Source: Stegostoma tigrinum (lineage: Eukaryota). From it: a stretch of 64,000 nt of DNA. The notes under the pieces were generated by a model, which saw only the letters and a list, made by a program, of their open reading frames with translations, ran no database searches and was not told where the DNA came from. Below, in pieces: positions 1 to 13,114 of this stretch (position 1 is its first letter; the number at the start of each line of letters is the position of its first letter). Where the stretch lies: positions 64,092,835 through 64,156,834 of the forward strand of contig NC_081356.1 in the NCBI RefSeq assembly GCF_030684315.1, written 5' to 3'. The position numbers and the translations under genes are program-made.

Positions 1-232
1 TAATTCCAGCCTCTAGTGACTGTGTCAAGTTAGTTTGTTCTCCCTGTACCTGTGTTGATTCCCTCCACATGCCCCAGTTTTTCTTCCTTAGTCTAAAGCT
101 GTGCAGATTAGGTTGATTGGCCACGGGAAATCCAAAGTTACAGGGATGGGGTGGCTGAGAGTGCAGTGCCCTTCAGAGTTCGTGTGGATTCAGTGGGCTG
201 AATGGTCTGCCTCCACCCTGCAGGGATTCTGT
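1..232 (+). mobile_element. Decayed HE1-like V-SINE fragment
   Basis: Degenerate match to the body and tail of the intact copy at 56299-56620 (gtgcagattaggttgattggcca ... cagggattct). Confidence 0.6.
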
Positions 233-309
233 GTTTCTTCAGCTAAACAAGTGCCAAACTGATCATCTTCAGAAAAGCGAATCTAGCATTGGCATCTACG
301 TATTGCCTC

Positions 310-975
310 ATTGAGTCCCTCATTATCAACATCCTCTGGGTTACCATTACCTGAAACAGAAGTGAGCTAGCCATAAATAATTTGTGGCTACAAGAGTAGG
401 TCAGTAGCTAGGAATTTTGTGGTGCATAACACACCTAGTATCTTCCCAGGCCTGTTCACCATCTACAAGGCATAAGTCAGGAGTGTGTTGGAATACTTCC
501 CTCTTGCCTGGATGAGTGCACCTCCCAGAACATTCAAGATGCACGGCACCCTCCAGGGCAAACAGTCATAAGGGTCGTAAGACTGGCCCCCAGTCCATTG
601 CATTCCGCATTCACGCCCTTCACCACCATATGTAACATCTACAAAATGAATTCCACTAAATCACCAAGGCTTCTCTGACAGCATCTTCCAAACTGGTGTC
701 CTATTCCAATTAAGAGGACAAGTACAACAGATACATGGAAACACAACAACTTACAAGTTCCTCTCCAAGCCACACAGCATTCTGACTTGAATGGATATCA
801 CCCCTTCTTCTCTGTCACTAGGTCAAAATCCTGAAATTCTGTTATGACAGCACTGTGGTTTCTAATCTATCCAAGGACTGGAGCAAATAGAGAAGGATGC
901 TCACCATCACTTTCTGAAGTGCAGTTATGGATGGAGAGTAACTGGCCTCGCTAATGAAGTTCACATCTCATGAAT
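310..975 (+). mobile_element. Old LINE (CR1/L2 group) 3' fragment
   Basis: ccatctacaaggcataagtcaggagtgtgttggaatact (TIYKAQVRSVMEY-like) and a 3' tail shared with 24215-25095. Confidence 0.7.
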
Positions 976-1884
976 AATTAAAGTAATGCTCAATTTCTGT
1001 GGCATTATAGGGCTCACCTCATGCGAGTGCTGTGCATTGATGCTTCCTTCCTATTCTAAAGTCCGTGCCACAGATATATTCTTCATTGCTCTGGTGCTCA
1101 CTCCCAAGCTTTGCATCATCGGTTCTACAGCCAGAATCTGATCATTTCTTGATTCATAAATGACTAAATTACAAGTCAGAGTTACTGTTTTGAAGTTTAA
1201 GATTGTGATGTTTTGGGACACTCCAGGTTCAGGCTAAATGAAGAGGCTCATGGATAGACTTCAAAACTGAGTATAACAGTTCCTCTGGTTTGATTGTTGA
1301 ACAAGAGCTGAGGTAAAATATAGCTTTTTTTACAGTTTCTACCTTGATACAAAGTTCAAGGATAGGAGCATACAAAGTGTTTTATTGCTCTGGGAAGAGG
1401 ACAGTTTAATCCTCTTTTGAAATCCGTTTACAAGTTTCCCTACAATATCACAGGCAGGAATAGTTCGATGTGGTCAGAGAGAGACAAGGCCACTTGGATT
1501 TTTGAGCCACTGCAGCTAAAACAGGAAGCCGATTGCATCACTTTGAAACATATCTTGCATCCATCAAGGAATTCTGAAAGATTGGTCCTGCATGGCCTGT
1601 GGGAAGAAGAATTATTGGAATAGGCATTAATGCTTATACTTAATTTAACAAAGTCTTATAAAGTTGAAGAAATTACATGGAGATGTCATTCAAAGTTATA
1701 GATTGATCAAACAGGTATGTAGGAATTGATAATGGATTGTGATTTTTATAAGGATTGTAATTTAATAGAAAATAAATTGTGTTGTTAGATATAAAAGTGG
1801 TGTGTTCCTTTCTGTAGTTTAAAGCATACGTTGCCTACAAAATTAAAATAACATTCCCCCAATAGACTGGGCTAATATCTAGAC

Positions 1885-2230
1885 CTAAGCTGATGAATTC
1901 AAGTAATATTCATGCCACACAACTGTCAGACAGTGACCATTTCTAATGAGGAAATCTAACCATTGCCCTTTGAATTTTGGTGGCACTATTATTGCTGAAT
2001 CTCCTACTATTAACTGTTGATCAAAATCTGAACCTGACGAAAACATGTAAACGTTATGGTGATGAGCAGGTCGTAGGCTAGGCATTCTACAGTGAGTAAC
2101 TTGTCTTCTGTCTCCCCAGTGGCAGTCCAACACCTACATGATGCATATAGTTGTACGAGAATGCTATCCACTTGCCTGGATGGGTGAGCTCCAACAGCAA
2201 TCAAGTTCAGTGCAATCCAGGACAGATCAG
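1885..2230 (+). mobile_element. Old LINE fragment (same family as 310-975)
   Basis: aagtaatattcatgccacac, aaccattgccctttga and ccacttgcctggatg are shared with 24215-25095. Confidence 0.6.
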
Positions 2231-2339
2231 TCCTTCATGGTGTGGTAACAGGAATCATTGTTGTGATGTCAGAAGTGGAGTAGCGGATAGACTGTTACGA
2301 ACAGCATGTGTTCAAGAACAGATTTTTGAAGTGTGTTGA

Positions 2340-2580
2340 TGAAAGGATAAATGTTCCACCTGGCACTGGGCTATCTTACCTGCTGTTTGAATAAGGGTGT
2401 GAGACCTTTAGTTTTCGCCTAAGAGGGCACATGGTGCCTTAGTTTTATGTCTCATTTTTTAAAAAAAGTTTCTTTTTGTGACATTTCTTTGTACTGCTTT
2501 TTAGTGTCAGACTACATTTTTGTGCTGATATTCTGGAATGGGACTTGAACTACTAGAGTTCTACCGGTCAAGCCATGGCT
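2340..2580 (-). mobile_element. Deu-domain tRNA SINE (SacSINE1/AmnSINE-like), decayed
   Basis: Minus-strand B-box gttcaagtcccattccag followed by Deu-like sequence (atgagacataaaactaaggcacc). Confidence 0.55.
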
Positions 2581-2731
2581 AATCCATCAAGGGTACCTTT
2601 GTTACTTGGAGTTATTTTTATTCATTGCTGGACATGTTTAATTTCATCAATGTTGAATTAGCTGGAGATAATCCAGTTTAAAAGAAACTGAAGGAGAGTG
2701 TTTGTGTTTTGGTGTAAGAGGAGAAATAAAG

Positions 2732-3024
2732 TGCCTCAACTGAGAGCACCAGGGACCCGAGTTCGATTCCAGCCTTGGGTGACTGTCTGTGTGGAGTTTG
2801 CACATTCTCACTGTGTCTGCGTGGGTTTCCTCCGGGTGCTCCGGTTTTCTCCCACAGCCCAAAGATGAGCAGGCTGGGTGGATTGGCCATGCTCAATTGC
2901 CAGTAGTGCTAAGGGGTGTGTGGGTTACAGGGGGATGGGTCTGGGTGGGATGCTTCAAGGGGCGGTGTGGACTTGTTGGGCCGAAAGGCCTGTTTCCACA
3001 CTGTAGGGAATCTAATAAATCTAA
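2732..3024 (+). mobile_element. HE1-like V-SINE
   Basis: B-box gttcgattcc, V-domain gtgtggagtttgcacattctc...ggtttcctccgggtgctccggttt, CR1-like tail ending gggaatctaat. Confidence 0.9.
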
Positions 3025-3849
3025 TTATTGTTTACTCACTTAGTGACAAAACACAGCATCGTAATGCATTATACCACACAATTGTGTTTTTGAAAAGTGA
3101 TGATTGATCTCACTAGATGATGTATCCTGGAAGTGAGTGGTCTGTTGTATTTACTGTTGTTACCATATGAGGGACCCATGACTGAGAGGTAAACAAAGGT
3201 GAGCTGTCACCATCATCATCTGGGAACTTTGGTTTTGATAAATCTGCAACAGTTTATAGATCAGCGTAGTTGAAATTATTAACTCTAGAAGTTACATTGT
3301 CATTCCTCTTTTTATTGACAATGGAAATGTTCAGTGGATGTTCAGAGTAAGTAGTGACTTAATTGCAACAAGATCCTGAAGTGTCTTGACAGGGTAGTTA
3401 TGGGGAATTTTCCTCTTATGGAAGAATAGAAAACAGGGGATTACGATTTAGAAATCAGAAGTTGCCCTCTAAATTTTTTTTTTAAAGTCTTCAGAACCTT
3501 CCTTCTGAAAAGGTGGTAATTATTTTTAAAACAGAGGTGATGTGCCTATTTCCAAGATTGTGGGCTGTTAACTGGTCAGATACCATCTTGGTAGCAGGAT
3601 TTTACTTAATGCATTGTAAACTCCTTTTCTTAGGAAATGTTTACCTTATCCCATATGAGCATTGACACATCTGTTCGTAAATCAAGAATTTTTATATACG
3701 TAAATAGAGAAAGGTGTGAACATAAAACTAACATAGGTTTCTAAACTAATACTGTATTCCTAAAAAAAACTAATGTTTATAGCGTCAGAGTAGGAGGGTC
3801 ACTGTTTGCACACTGTTCAGTTTAATTTGCAGCTCTTCAGATATGGAAG

Positions 3850-4352
3850 CAATCCATCTGCATATGTAGCAGTCAGCCTTGGGCTGGTGAATAACAGGTA
3901 ATGTCTCTCACATGACAAGCTTGATACCATCCAGGACAAAGCAGCTTGCTCGATTTTTGTTTTCTCTCTTTGCATCTTCCCCATCGCCTTTAAACTTTGT
4001 CCATTTCTGTCTCAGTAGCAATGGTCTGTACCATAGGCAAGATGCTTTGCAGCAATCAAGTGTCTTCGATAACACTTTTTCATGCAGTAACCTCCACCAC
4101 TTGGGAGGACAATGCAACAAATGCACAGGAACATGCTAGTTCCTGACCCAGTCAATTGGCATCCTAAGTTGGAACAATATTATTATTCTTTCGCTGTATT
4201 TGGAGCCAAAACCCTAGAACTCTGCCCCTTTCAGCTACACCCTGTGGACTGGAATAGTTCAAAAAGTTGGTTCACCACCACCACGTCAGTGACAGTGAGT
4301 GTTGGGTAATGTATGCTGGTCTTGTCAGTGGTGCTCATATCCTATAAATAAA
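3850..4352 (+). mobile_element. Old LINE 3' fragment
   Basis: aagcttgataccatccaggacaaagcagc and the family tail gctggtcttgtcagtggtgctcatatcc. Confidence 0.6.
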
Positions 4353-4659
4353 CTTAATTTTGCAGGAGTGAGTTGCTGAAAATTGGAGAGGATGGCCTGG
4401 GTTGTGGGGAGTACTGAATGGGATTATTTGAAATTACAGGGAGGAAATATTTTGTAGCAATTTTTGTTTTTCCCCCAATTAAGTGAAACTTTTACAAAAG
4501 CTTCTACATTTGAAAATATTTTAAAAATGAAGCAAACAGTTGATCACAAAAAATGTATGCAGTGCAGATTTTATATCTCCAGGTACTTTCAACATTAACA
4601 AACAGGTAACAAAATATTGTGAGCTTTCTTCAATTAAAAGCCTTATCTTGATGCAGAAA

Positions 4660-5290
4660 TGCCAAGAACAGAACACAGAGCTCTACAGTTGTTGATCTGG
4701 CCACCACATTTGACACAATCAAACGTGACAGGCTTTGGGATGTAATAGAAACATCTGCCCTGAAGTAAATTACAACGATTCAACAGTTTGACAGCTTGCA
4801 TGCCGTTGATGGTGTTGAGTCTTCTGGCCCATTCCAAGTAACTGATGGAGTTAACAAGGCTACATTCTAGTGCTAACCATTGTTTGTGTTTTTTTTTCCT
4901 CCTGCCATGTTCTACAATTCCGCCCATGATAGCGATCCTAGTATTACAATTAAATATTGAGTGGTTGAGAAGCTGCAGTGATTGATTCCAGGAAAAGACT
5001 GCGGTCTTGAGGGACATACTTTGTGATTTTCTGTTAGCTGATGACTGTTTGCACGGGCTGCCGGTTCAGAATCAAAAATGCAACGTAGCATGCACCTGTT
5101 CTCAAACGTGTACAATAATTACGGCCCTGTGATCACCACAAAGAAAACTGAAATACTGCACGGCCTGTTTCATGAATCTATCAGTAGTGGATTCATTTGC
5201 TAATCTCCGTAGCAGACACTCAAAACTATTTTTATTGCATGCAATGATTGCAAGAGTTGCCAAGTTTAAATGCAGTCTTTGGAAGATTCC
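4660..5290 (+). mobile_element. Decayed RTE-like LINE RT fragment
   Basis: Frameshifted motifs VDLATTFDTIKRDRLW (FVDLTKAFD-like), FLLADDC, MQRSMHLFS and TKKTE. Confidence 0.6.
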
Positions 5291-5419
5291 AGATTTCAAT
5301 CTATGAATCAATAGGAACAAGTCAGTCAATGAAAGCTTCAAAGTCAAAACATTTATTCTGGTATTCCATTTAAAAATATTATTTGAACACAATGAAGAGT
5401 GCAGGAGAACATGTCAAAA

Positions 5420-6680
5420 ATAGCACCTGGCATAATTTTAATAATGTACTAACCTCGTGAAGCTACAAGGCCAGGTGCGTGATAAACAGCAGAACAGCAG
5501 TGATCTATAGAACCAGGTAATTGTACAACCAGTAGTCATTCCTGACATGTCCAGTTATGAATGGCCATGGACAAACAAACAACTAACTAAAGAGGAATGA
5601 TCTACAAACAAACCTATTACCAGTGATGGGAGAGTCCAACACAGGAGTACAATGGACAAGGCTGACACATTTGCATCATCGCAGCCAGAAGTACGAAGTG
5701 AACAATGCATTGCAGCCTCTTTCTGAAGGTTCCACCACTGTAGTTGCCACTTCTCAGCCAATTTAATTCATGTCATATGTCAAGAAATGCCTGAATACAG
5801 CAACAAAGCCTGTGGACCCTGACAACAACATGATAATGTTGAAGATTTGCACTACAGAACTAGCTGCATGCCAGCTATGCTGTTCTAGGACAGCTGAAAA
5901 TGTGAACGTTTTGCTTAATATTTCGTTTCCTTAAGGAGAAGGCCAAATTCAACCTGCCTATTTACTACCCTATCAGTCTACCCTCAATCGTCAGTAAAGT
6001 GATGGAATGTGCATTGGCTTTACTATCAAGTGGTACACAGACAGTGATAACATGCTCACCAATGTACAGTTTTATTTCTGTCAAGGCCATTTGACTCCAA
6101 ATCTTCACTGGAGCCTTGGTCTAAACATGGAATAAAAACTGGAATTCCATAGGTATAAATGGGAGTGACTAGCCTTCACAACACCCAACTGGGTTTGCCA
6201 TCAGGGAGCCTAGTAAAACTGGAATTGGGACAAAATTCTCCACTTTTTGGAGTCAAAAACAGAGTAATGTGGTGTAGTGGTTGGAGGTAATCACCTCAGC
6301 TGCAGGAATCTCTGCAGGAGTTTCTCTGGAGAGACATTTTCTAATCGGCTCGTCTGGAATTGTTATGACATACCTTTTTGGAGTGGGTGAGACTTGAACC
6401 TGGGTCTCCTAGCTCAGTGATAGGGACCATATCACTGTGTGCCACGAGCGCTAACTCTTCAGGTTGTGTCCCAGACCCAGCCACCTTCAACTGCTTCACC
6501 AGTGATGACCTTTCCCCCTCATAAGGTCGGAGGTGGGGATATTTGCTGATAATTATGCAACGTTCAGCATCATCAATTCCTCAAATACTGAAGTAGTTTG
6601 TGCTTGTTCACAGCAAGATCTGAACAATACTCTACTCTGGCTTGGGCTGATAAATGACAAGTAACACTCATGCCACACAA
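5420..6680 (+). mobile_element. Old LINE RT region
   Basis: YYPISLPSIVSKVME-like at about 6.0 kb and gggatatttgctgataat (FADD-like) at about 6545. Confidence 0.6.
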
Positions 6681-7204
6681 TTTGTAGGTGTAAATCTTTG
6701 AATGGCTAAATGTAATTACCTAAGCTTAATCATTTAATTTATCTCTAATTCCAAAATAGCGCTTTGTTTTTGTTTGATCAAGCCTTAACTATAAGAAAAA
6801 TGCAGCTTTTGAATTGGAACTAAAAGTAAGATTTTGCTTTCAAAATCTTGTATTTAACAACAAAAATACACTTACAGCTTCAAAGATTTGATCAGGTTGT
6901 GGAAGTGGAGTTCCCTTGTTCTTTTGAGCATTTTCTGGAAATCTGTCTTTGGAGGTTTCAGTTTTTCACAGATGCCTTTTTCAGAACTTCTTTCAATCTC
7001 TGAATTGGTATGACCTCATCTTCAGCTGGACTCATTGTAACCTAACAATTGGTTCAATTTCCTAGTTAATTTATTTTCACTGGTTGTTATAGCCACCAGT
7101 ATAGCTTGTCCCATTAGTGGGTACAATTGAACTGGTTACAATATTACTTTCATCACATTTTGTGTAAGTCTCCATTCATTACCACCATCTTGCACAATGC
7201 AATA

Positions 7205-8045
7205 CGACACAGGAGCAGGCTCTTTGGCCCACCAAGCCTGCGCTGATTCCTATTCCTTATTCACACTTGCTTACTTATTGCCCATACGCTGTTTCTGTCC
7301 CTCTTTGCCTCCCTGTTCATGCGTCTAATAAGATATGTCTTGAACATTGCTAACGTGCCTGCTTCCACCATCTCTACTAACAGTGCGTTCCAGGCATCCA
7401 CAACCCTCTGAAAAATTTTCCCTGCATTTCTCCCCTAAACTTTTCCATCTCTCACCTTGAACCAATGTTGTCTTGTAGTCGACTTTTCCACTCTCAGGAA
7501 ACTTCTCTGACTATCTATGCCCCTCAATTTTGTAGATCACTATCAGGTCGGCCCTCTGTTTTCATTGGAAAAATGGAGACTAGTAGTAGACTCACCAACT
7601 TTAAAGGCATTTAAATGGTCTTTGGATAAACATATATGGATGATAATGGAATAGTGTGGCTAGACGGGCTTCAGATTGGTTTCACAGATCGGCTCAACAT
7701 CGAGGCTGAAGGGCCTGTACTGCGCTGTTATGTTCTGTATCAGTTTATCCTACTTCTTCAAACTAAACCCCTCCAGACCAGGCAACATCCTGGTGACCTT
7801 CTCTGACTGTCTCCAAAGCATCCGTGTCCTTCTGGTAGTGTGGTGATCAGAACTGCATGCAATATTCCAAATGTGGCTTAACTAAAGTTTTATGCACCTG
7901 TAACATAACTTGTCAACTTTGACATTCACTGCCCTGGCTGCCAAAGGCAAGCATGCTGTATGCCTTCTTGACTGCCTTATCCACCTGTGTTGCCACTTTC
8001 AAGGACCTGGAAGGCCAGATTCCTCTGTATATCAATGCCCCTAGG
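7205..8045 (-). mobile_element. CR1 LINE 3' fragment with a nested + strand CR1 3' end (about 7575-7737)
   Basis: Homologous to 11675-12400 (PHLEYC region); the nested piece matches the tail at 10930-11063. Confidence 0.8.
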
Positions 8046-8761
8046 ATGGGAAGGTTCCAACTAGCACACAGTATCAGATTGTAGTTTCTTTACCACATAC
8101 AGAAGCCTACAGTAACTAATTAAAGCTTTTAAAGTAAGCTTAAAAACTTTTGAATATAAACCAGTCTCCTTAATAGAGTTACCTTATTAATTACTGCATC
8201 TTTAGTTACAACTTACTTGAAGCACACTGCTCAGTCAGTCACCTGTTTCTGGCTGTCTACTAGTTATATAGTAATCCTTAACTAATATGTGTGAATAATT
8301 TATGAAGTTCAGAATATAAAATTACTACTTTAGCCTACCATCAAGACAAAGTGTCATTTTTACCATGTTAGCCAACAGTGAATGTATGAATGCCATAAAA
8401 AGTCAAGTTACTTTAAAAATTAGGTCTACATAAATTATGCAGGGAAAAATAACTTTATTTTGAGACTCTGTACATCTTTCCTTATCACTGAACATCACTT
8501 CTTTAAGACTTTATCATCACTGAATCTCCTACCATTGGGAACCTCCAGAATGCTAATGACCGGAACCTTAACTGGACCAGCCATGTAAATATTGGAACCG
8601 CAGAGCAGATCAGAGGCTGAAAAGTTTGCAGTGAATAATTTATGTCCTGACTCACCAAAACCAGTCCACCATCCACAAAGCACAAGCTTGATGTGAGGGC
8701 TCTTGTAACATTTACATGTCGATGAAAATCATTACTGAATACAATTAGTTTCTTATTCAAC

Positions 8762-9095
8762 TGATGTGAGCATCACTGACTAGGCCAGTATTTGTTGCCC
8801 ATCTCTAATCACGTTTGAATTGAGTGGCTTGCTAAACAATTTCAGTTACACAAGTCAACCATGTGGGTCTGGAGTCTTATGTAGGCCAGAACAGGTAATG
8901 GTGACAAATTTCCTTCCCTAAAGAATGTAGTGAACTAGATGGGTTTTCATGACATTTGTCATTGTCAATCACCATTCCTGAGACAGGCTTATATTCCAGA
9001 TTTAATAATTGAATTTAAATTCTACCAGCTGCAGTGGCAGTATTTGAACACATCCTAACAGCATTACCATTGGCCTCTGGATCGCTAGTCCAGCT
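8762..9095 (-). mobile_element. tRNA-derived SINE sharing its 3' tail with the old LINE family
   Basis: Minus-strand head (ggactagcgatccagagg, gttcaaatactgcc) and tail gatgggcaacaaatactggcctagtcagtgatgctcacatc. Confidence 0.65.
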
Positions 9096-9251
9096 AGAGT
9101 CCTCTCTGGAAAAGATTGAAATTGCTCAATGCTGGTTTCTAAAATTGTTATTCATGATGCCAAGTATGTTAAAGTTGGTTAATGGAAGCAAATTTTACAG
9201 AGATTGCACAAATAAACCTAAGTAGGTCAAGTACTGTTTTGCATTCTGCAG

Positions 9252-9321
9252 AATATGCATGTTGTTTGCCATTAACTTCAGGAGCACTATTTTTAGTTGT
9301 TGGAGGCTTAATATTTTACAG
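9252..9321 (+). CDS. Internal coding exon of an unidentified membrane protein: (E)YACCLPLTSGALFLVVGGLIFY(R)
   Basis: Acceptor ttttgcattctgcag, consensus donor CAG|GTAAGT, hydrophobic TM-like peptide, non-repetitive sequence; ends in phase 2, matching the exon at 30951. Confidence 0.7.
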
Positions 9322-9582
9322 GTAAGTAAAATATAGAATATTTTAATTGTATTTTTAGCAATTACTACATTCTAATAACTAAGTAGGAACAGATTGAGTA
9401 TATGCTGTAAATTTTAAGAGGAAGGAAAATTTTATGTTGAAAATAGATGCTGCACAGCATTGGGAGAATGCTGTGCAAAAACTGACCCATCCCTTTTAAT
9501 GTGATCTATTTCCAACTGGCCTACTTAGGTCGTTTGCCAGATCTATAATTAAATCAGCAGACTGCAGAATATGGGGAATATA

Positions 9583-9898
9583 GATCATAGAATCCCTACA
9601 GTGTGGAAACAGGCCATTCGGCCCAACAAGTCCGCACCACCCTTCTGAAGAGCATCCCACCCAGACCCACTCCCCTAATTTCCCATGTCTAACCCACCTA
9701 ACCTAAACATTCCTGACCACCATAGGCAATTTCACATGGTCAACCCACCTACCCTGCACACGTTTTGGACTGTGGGAGGAAACCAGAGCACCCGGAGGAA
9801 ACCCATGCAGACACGAGGAGACCGTGCAAACTCCACACAGTCACCTGAGGCTGGAATCAAACCCAGTCGCTGGCGCTGTGAGCCATCGTGCTGGCCAC
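9583..9898 (-). mobile_element. HE1-like V-SINE
   Basis: Reverse complement of the SINE at 56299-56620. Confidence 0.9.
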
Positions 9899-10154
9899 TA
9901 TGTTCTTCAGTTTTCTAAACCATGCTGTGCAAATATTGCTGAAAGTTATATAACACAATTTAGTGAGTAAGTTTTGGTTTTAGAAGCAGAAATGATAATG
10001 ATTTATGAACAGGCAATAGAAATAGCATGAAGCTCAACTGTACTTCTCAGTTTGTGGTTATGTTTGATAGTAAATTCTGGAATAATTGAGACCTCTTAAA
10101 GTCTTAGAAAAACGTGCAGCATTATGCATCTTTGTGGAGAGCAATACAAGTTAG

Positions 10155-10660
10155 AACAAGTAAAGATGATTTAAAAAGTGCTGGATATCACAGTGGTCAG
10201 GCAGCATCCATGGAAAGAGAGCAAGCTACTGTTTCAACTGTAGATGATTCTTCATCCGAGCTGATACGAAATGTGGAGTGGGTAGCATTCATGCAATGGT
10301 GGAGGGTGAGAAAGGGTGTTGATTGTGCAGATTAACTGATCGGACTATGAGAATGCTAGAACAGAGGTGTGTCTAACTGCCAAACTGGAAAGAACACATA
10401 GTCCCAGAGGAGTGGGAGGACAGGAGAGAGGACATGGTGACAGAGAATGTAACAAGTAAAGCTAAAAGAAAATGGGATTGGATTCATAACCTGATGTTGT
10501 TGAACAGTAATATTAAAGTCCAGAAGTTGTAAAATGCCTAGTCTGAAGATGAGGTGTTGTTCCTCCAGTTTGTGCTGTGATTCGCTGGAGCGTTGCAGCA
10601 TGCTGAGGATAGACAGGTGGACATACGAACAGGACACTGTGTTAAAATGCCCTGCATATG
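10155..10660 (-). mobile_element. Older Neptune-type PLE 3' fragment
   Basis: Encodes KLEEQHLIFRLG (GIY-YIG C-terminal motif); degenerate hammerhead-like motif at about 10225-10262. Confidence 0.7.
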
Positions 10661-10929
10661 AGGAAGTCAGGGTTGAGTAAAGAAGATACTTGGAGCATGC
10701 ACGCCCACCACTTTGCTAGGTCAGTGTTATGACAATTATACAACTCTCCTTTTGAGGTGTTTTCCAATCTGTTTGATGTTTTATAACAATGGCAGCTGAA
10801 AAAATAGTTAAGAATATGTTCGTCACTGAAGAGTCTTTGGGCCAACCACATCCAACAATTTGCTTTAAAACAAACTCTGCTCACATTTTGACAGCTGTAA
10901 CAAGCTGAGACAATTCGTAACATTCTTTA

Positions 10930-11063
10930 GGTACATTTAAGTCGTCATTGGATAAGCATATGGACATACATGGAATAGTGTAGGTTAGATGGGCTTGAGA
11001 TCGGTATGACAGGTCGGCACAACGTCGAGGGCCCAAGGGCCTGTACTGTGCTGTTATGTTCTA
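10930..11063 (+). mobile_element. CR1 LINE 3' end
   Basis: Near-identical to the reverse complement of 58764-58900. Confidence 0.85.
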
Positions 11064-11674
11064 TAAACAACTCGCAAGATTCTAACACTCAATGTTATCA
11101 GATTCTTGAAAAGTTATGGGATGTAGACCTGTGTCTGTTTTTTCCACATCAGTTCTTCTTTGTATCGTACTATTTCAATGCATCAAATTTTGTTGAAATC
11201 CAACCATTTTTTGACTTGTATAGTTTATTTGTCACCTTGTAAAACAACAGCAGCAAAACATTACCTCTGCCACAATTATTTAACAAAGTAGACTAGGATC
11301 TGAGAAAGAGTTGTGTATTTTATCACCGCTATTTTTTTTAAAAAGACCATTGAAAGATGGTTTGAGTGGCTTCAAATGATGTTAAATGAATGAGGAAATT
11401 ATTTTAAAAATTCAGTTTGGAAACAGGCAGTTTGACCCAACCAATGCACGTTGATTTCGATCCTTATGCTGCAGTGATCCTGATTTGTGTGTATGCCAGT
11501 TTCCATATTCTTTTGTTTGTTCTTTTATCCCTTTTTAAAATGCAATAGATTAGGCACAAGTTAGTTATTAATAGAGCTATTGTACACAATACAGGTGTTT
11601 GGTCTCATCAAGTTTCTGCATAATTACAACCAGACTTCTTTTACAACTGGACTCAATACAGGTGTGCCCTCTCA

Positions 11675-13112
11675 AAGAAACAAAACAAAGACGACCGCAG
11701 CACAGGAACAGGCCCTTCGGCCCTCCAAGCCTGCGCCGATCAAGATCCTCTGTCTAACCTGTCATCTATTTTCTAACGGTCTGTGTCCATTTGCTCCCTG
11801 CCCATCCATGTACCTGTCCAAATATATCCTAAAAGACGCTAATGTGTCTGCGTCCACCACCTCCGCTGGCAACGCGTTCCAGGCACCCACCACCCTCTGT
11901 GTAAAGAACTTTCCACGCATATCGCCCTTAAACTTTTCTCCTCTCACTTTGAACTCATGACCCCTAGTAATTGAGTACCCCACTCTGGGGGGAAAAAGCT
12001 TTTTGCTATCCACCCTGTCTATACCCCTCGTGATTTTGTAGACCTCAATCAGGTCCCCCCTCAATCTCCGTCTTTCTAATGAAAATAATCCTAATCTATT
12101 CAACCTCTCTTCATAGCTAGCACCCTCCATACCAGACAATATCCTGGTGAACCTCCTCTGCACCCTGTCCAAAGCATCCACATCCTTTTGGTAATGTGGC
12201 GACCAGAACTGTACACAGTACTCCAAATGTGGCCAAACCAAAGTCCTATACAACTGCAACATGACCTACCAAATCTTGTACTCAATACCCCGCCCAATGA
12301 AGGAAAGCATGCCATATGCCTTTTTGACCACCCTATTGACCTTTGTTGTCACCTTCAGGGAACAATGGACCTGAACACCCAGATCTCTCTGCTCATCAAT
12401 TTTCCCTGGGACTTCTCCATTTACTGTATAGTTCGCCCTTGAATTTGATCTTCTTCTAAAATGCATCACCTCGCATTTGCCCGGATTGAACTCCATCTGC
12501 CATTTATCTGCCCAACTCTCCAGTCTATCTATATTCTGCAGTAATTTCTGACAGTCCCTTCACTATCAGCTACTCCACCAATCTTAGTGTCATCAGCAAA
12601 CTTGCTGATCAGACCACCTACACCTTCCTCCAGATCATTTACGTATATCACAAACAACAGTGGTCCCAGCACAGATCCGTGTGGAACACCACTGGTCACA
12701 GGTCTCCAATTTGAGAAACTCGCTTCTACTACTACCCTCTGTCTCCTGTTGCCCAGCCAGTTTTTGTATCCATCTAGCTAGCACACCCTGGACCCCATGT
12801 GATTTCACTTTCTCCATCAGCCTGCCATGGGGAACCTTATCGAATGCCTTACTGAAGTACATGGGTATTACATCTACAGCCTTTCCCTCATCAATCAACT
12901 TTGTCACGTCCTGAAAGAATTCGATTAAGTTGTTAAGACATGACCTTCCCTGTACAAAACCATGTTGTCTATCGCTGATAAGCCCATTTTCTTCCAAATG
13001 GGAATAGATCCTATCCCTCAGTATCTTCTCCAGTAGCTTCCCTACCACTGATGTCAGGCTCACCGGTCGATAATTACCTGGACTATTCTTGCTGCCCTTT
13101 TTAAACAAGGGA
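11675..13112 (-). mobile_element. 5'-truncated CR1 LINE (RT, disrupted)
   Basis: [53 protein letters not shown]. Confidence 0.95.
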
Positions 13113-13114
13113 AC

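Noticed and set aside
4583-4605. 23-nt AG...GT micro-exon candidate
   Set aside because: The frame needed to join exon 9252 contains a stop
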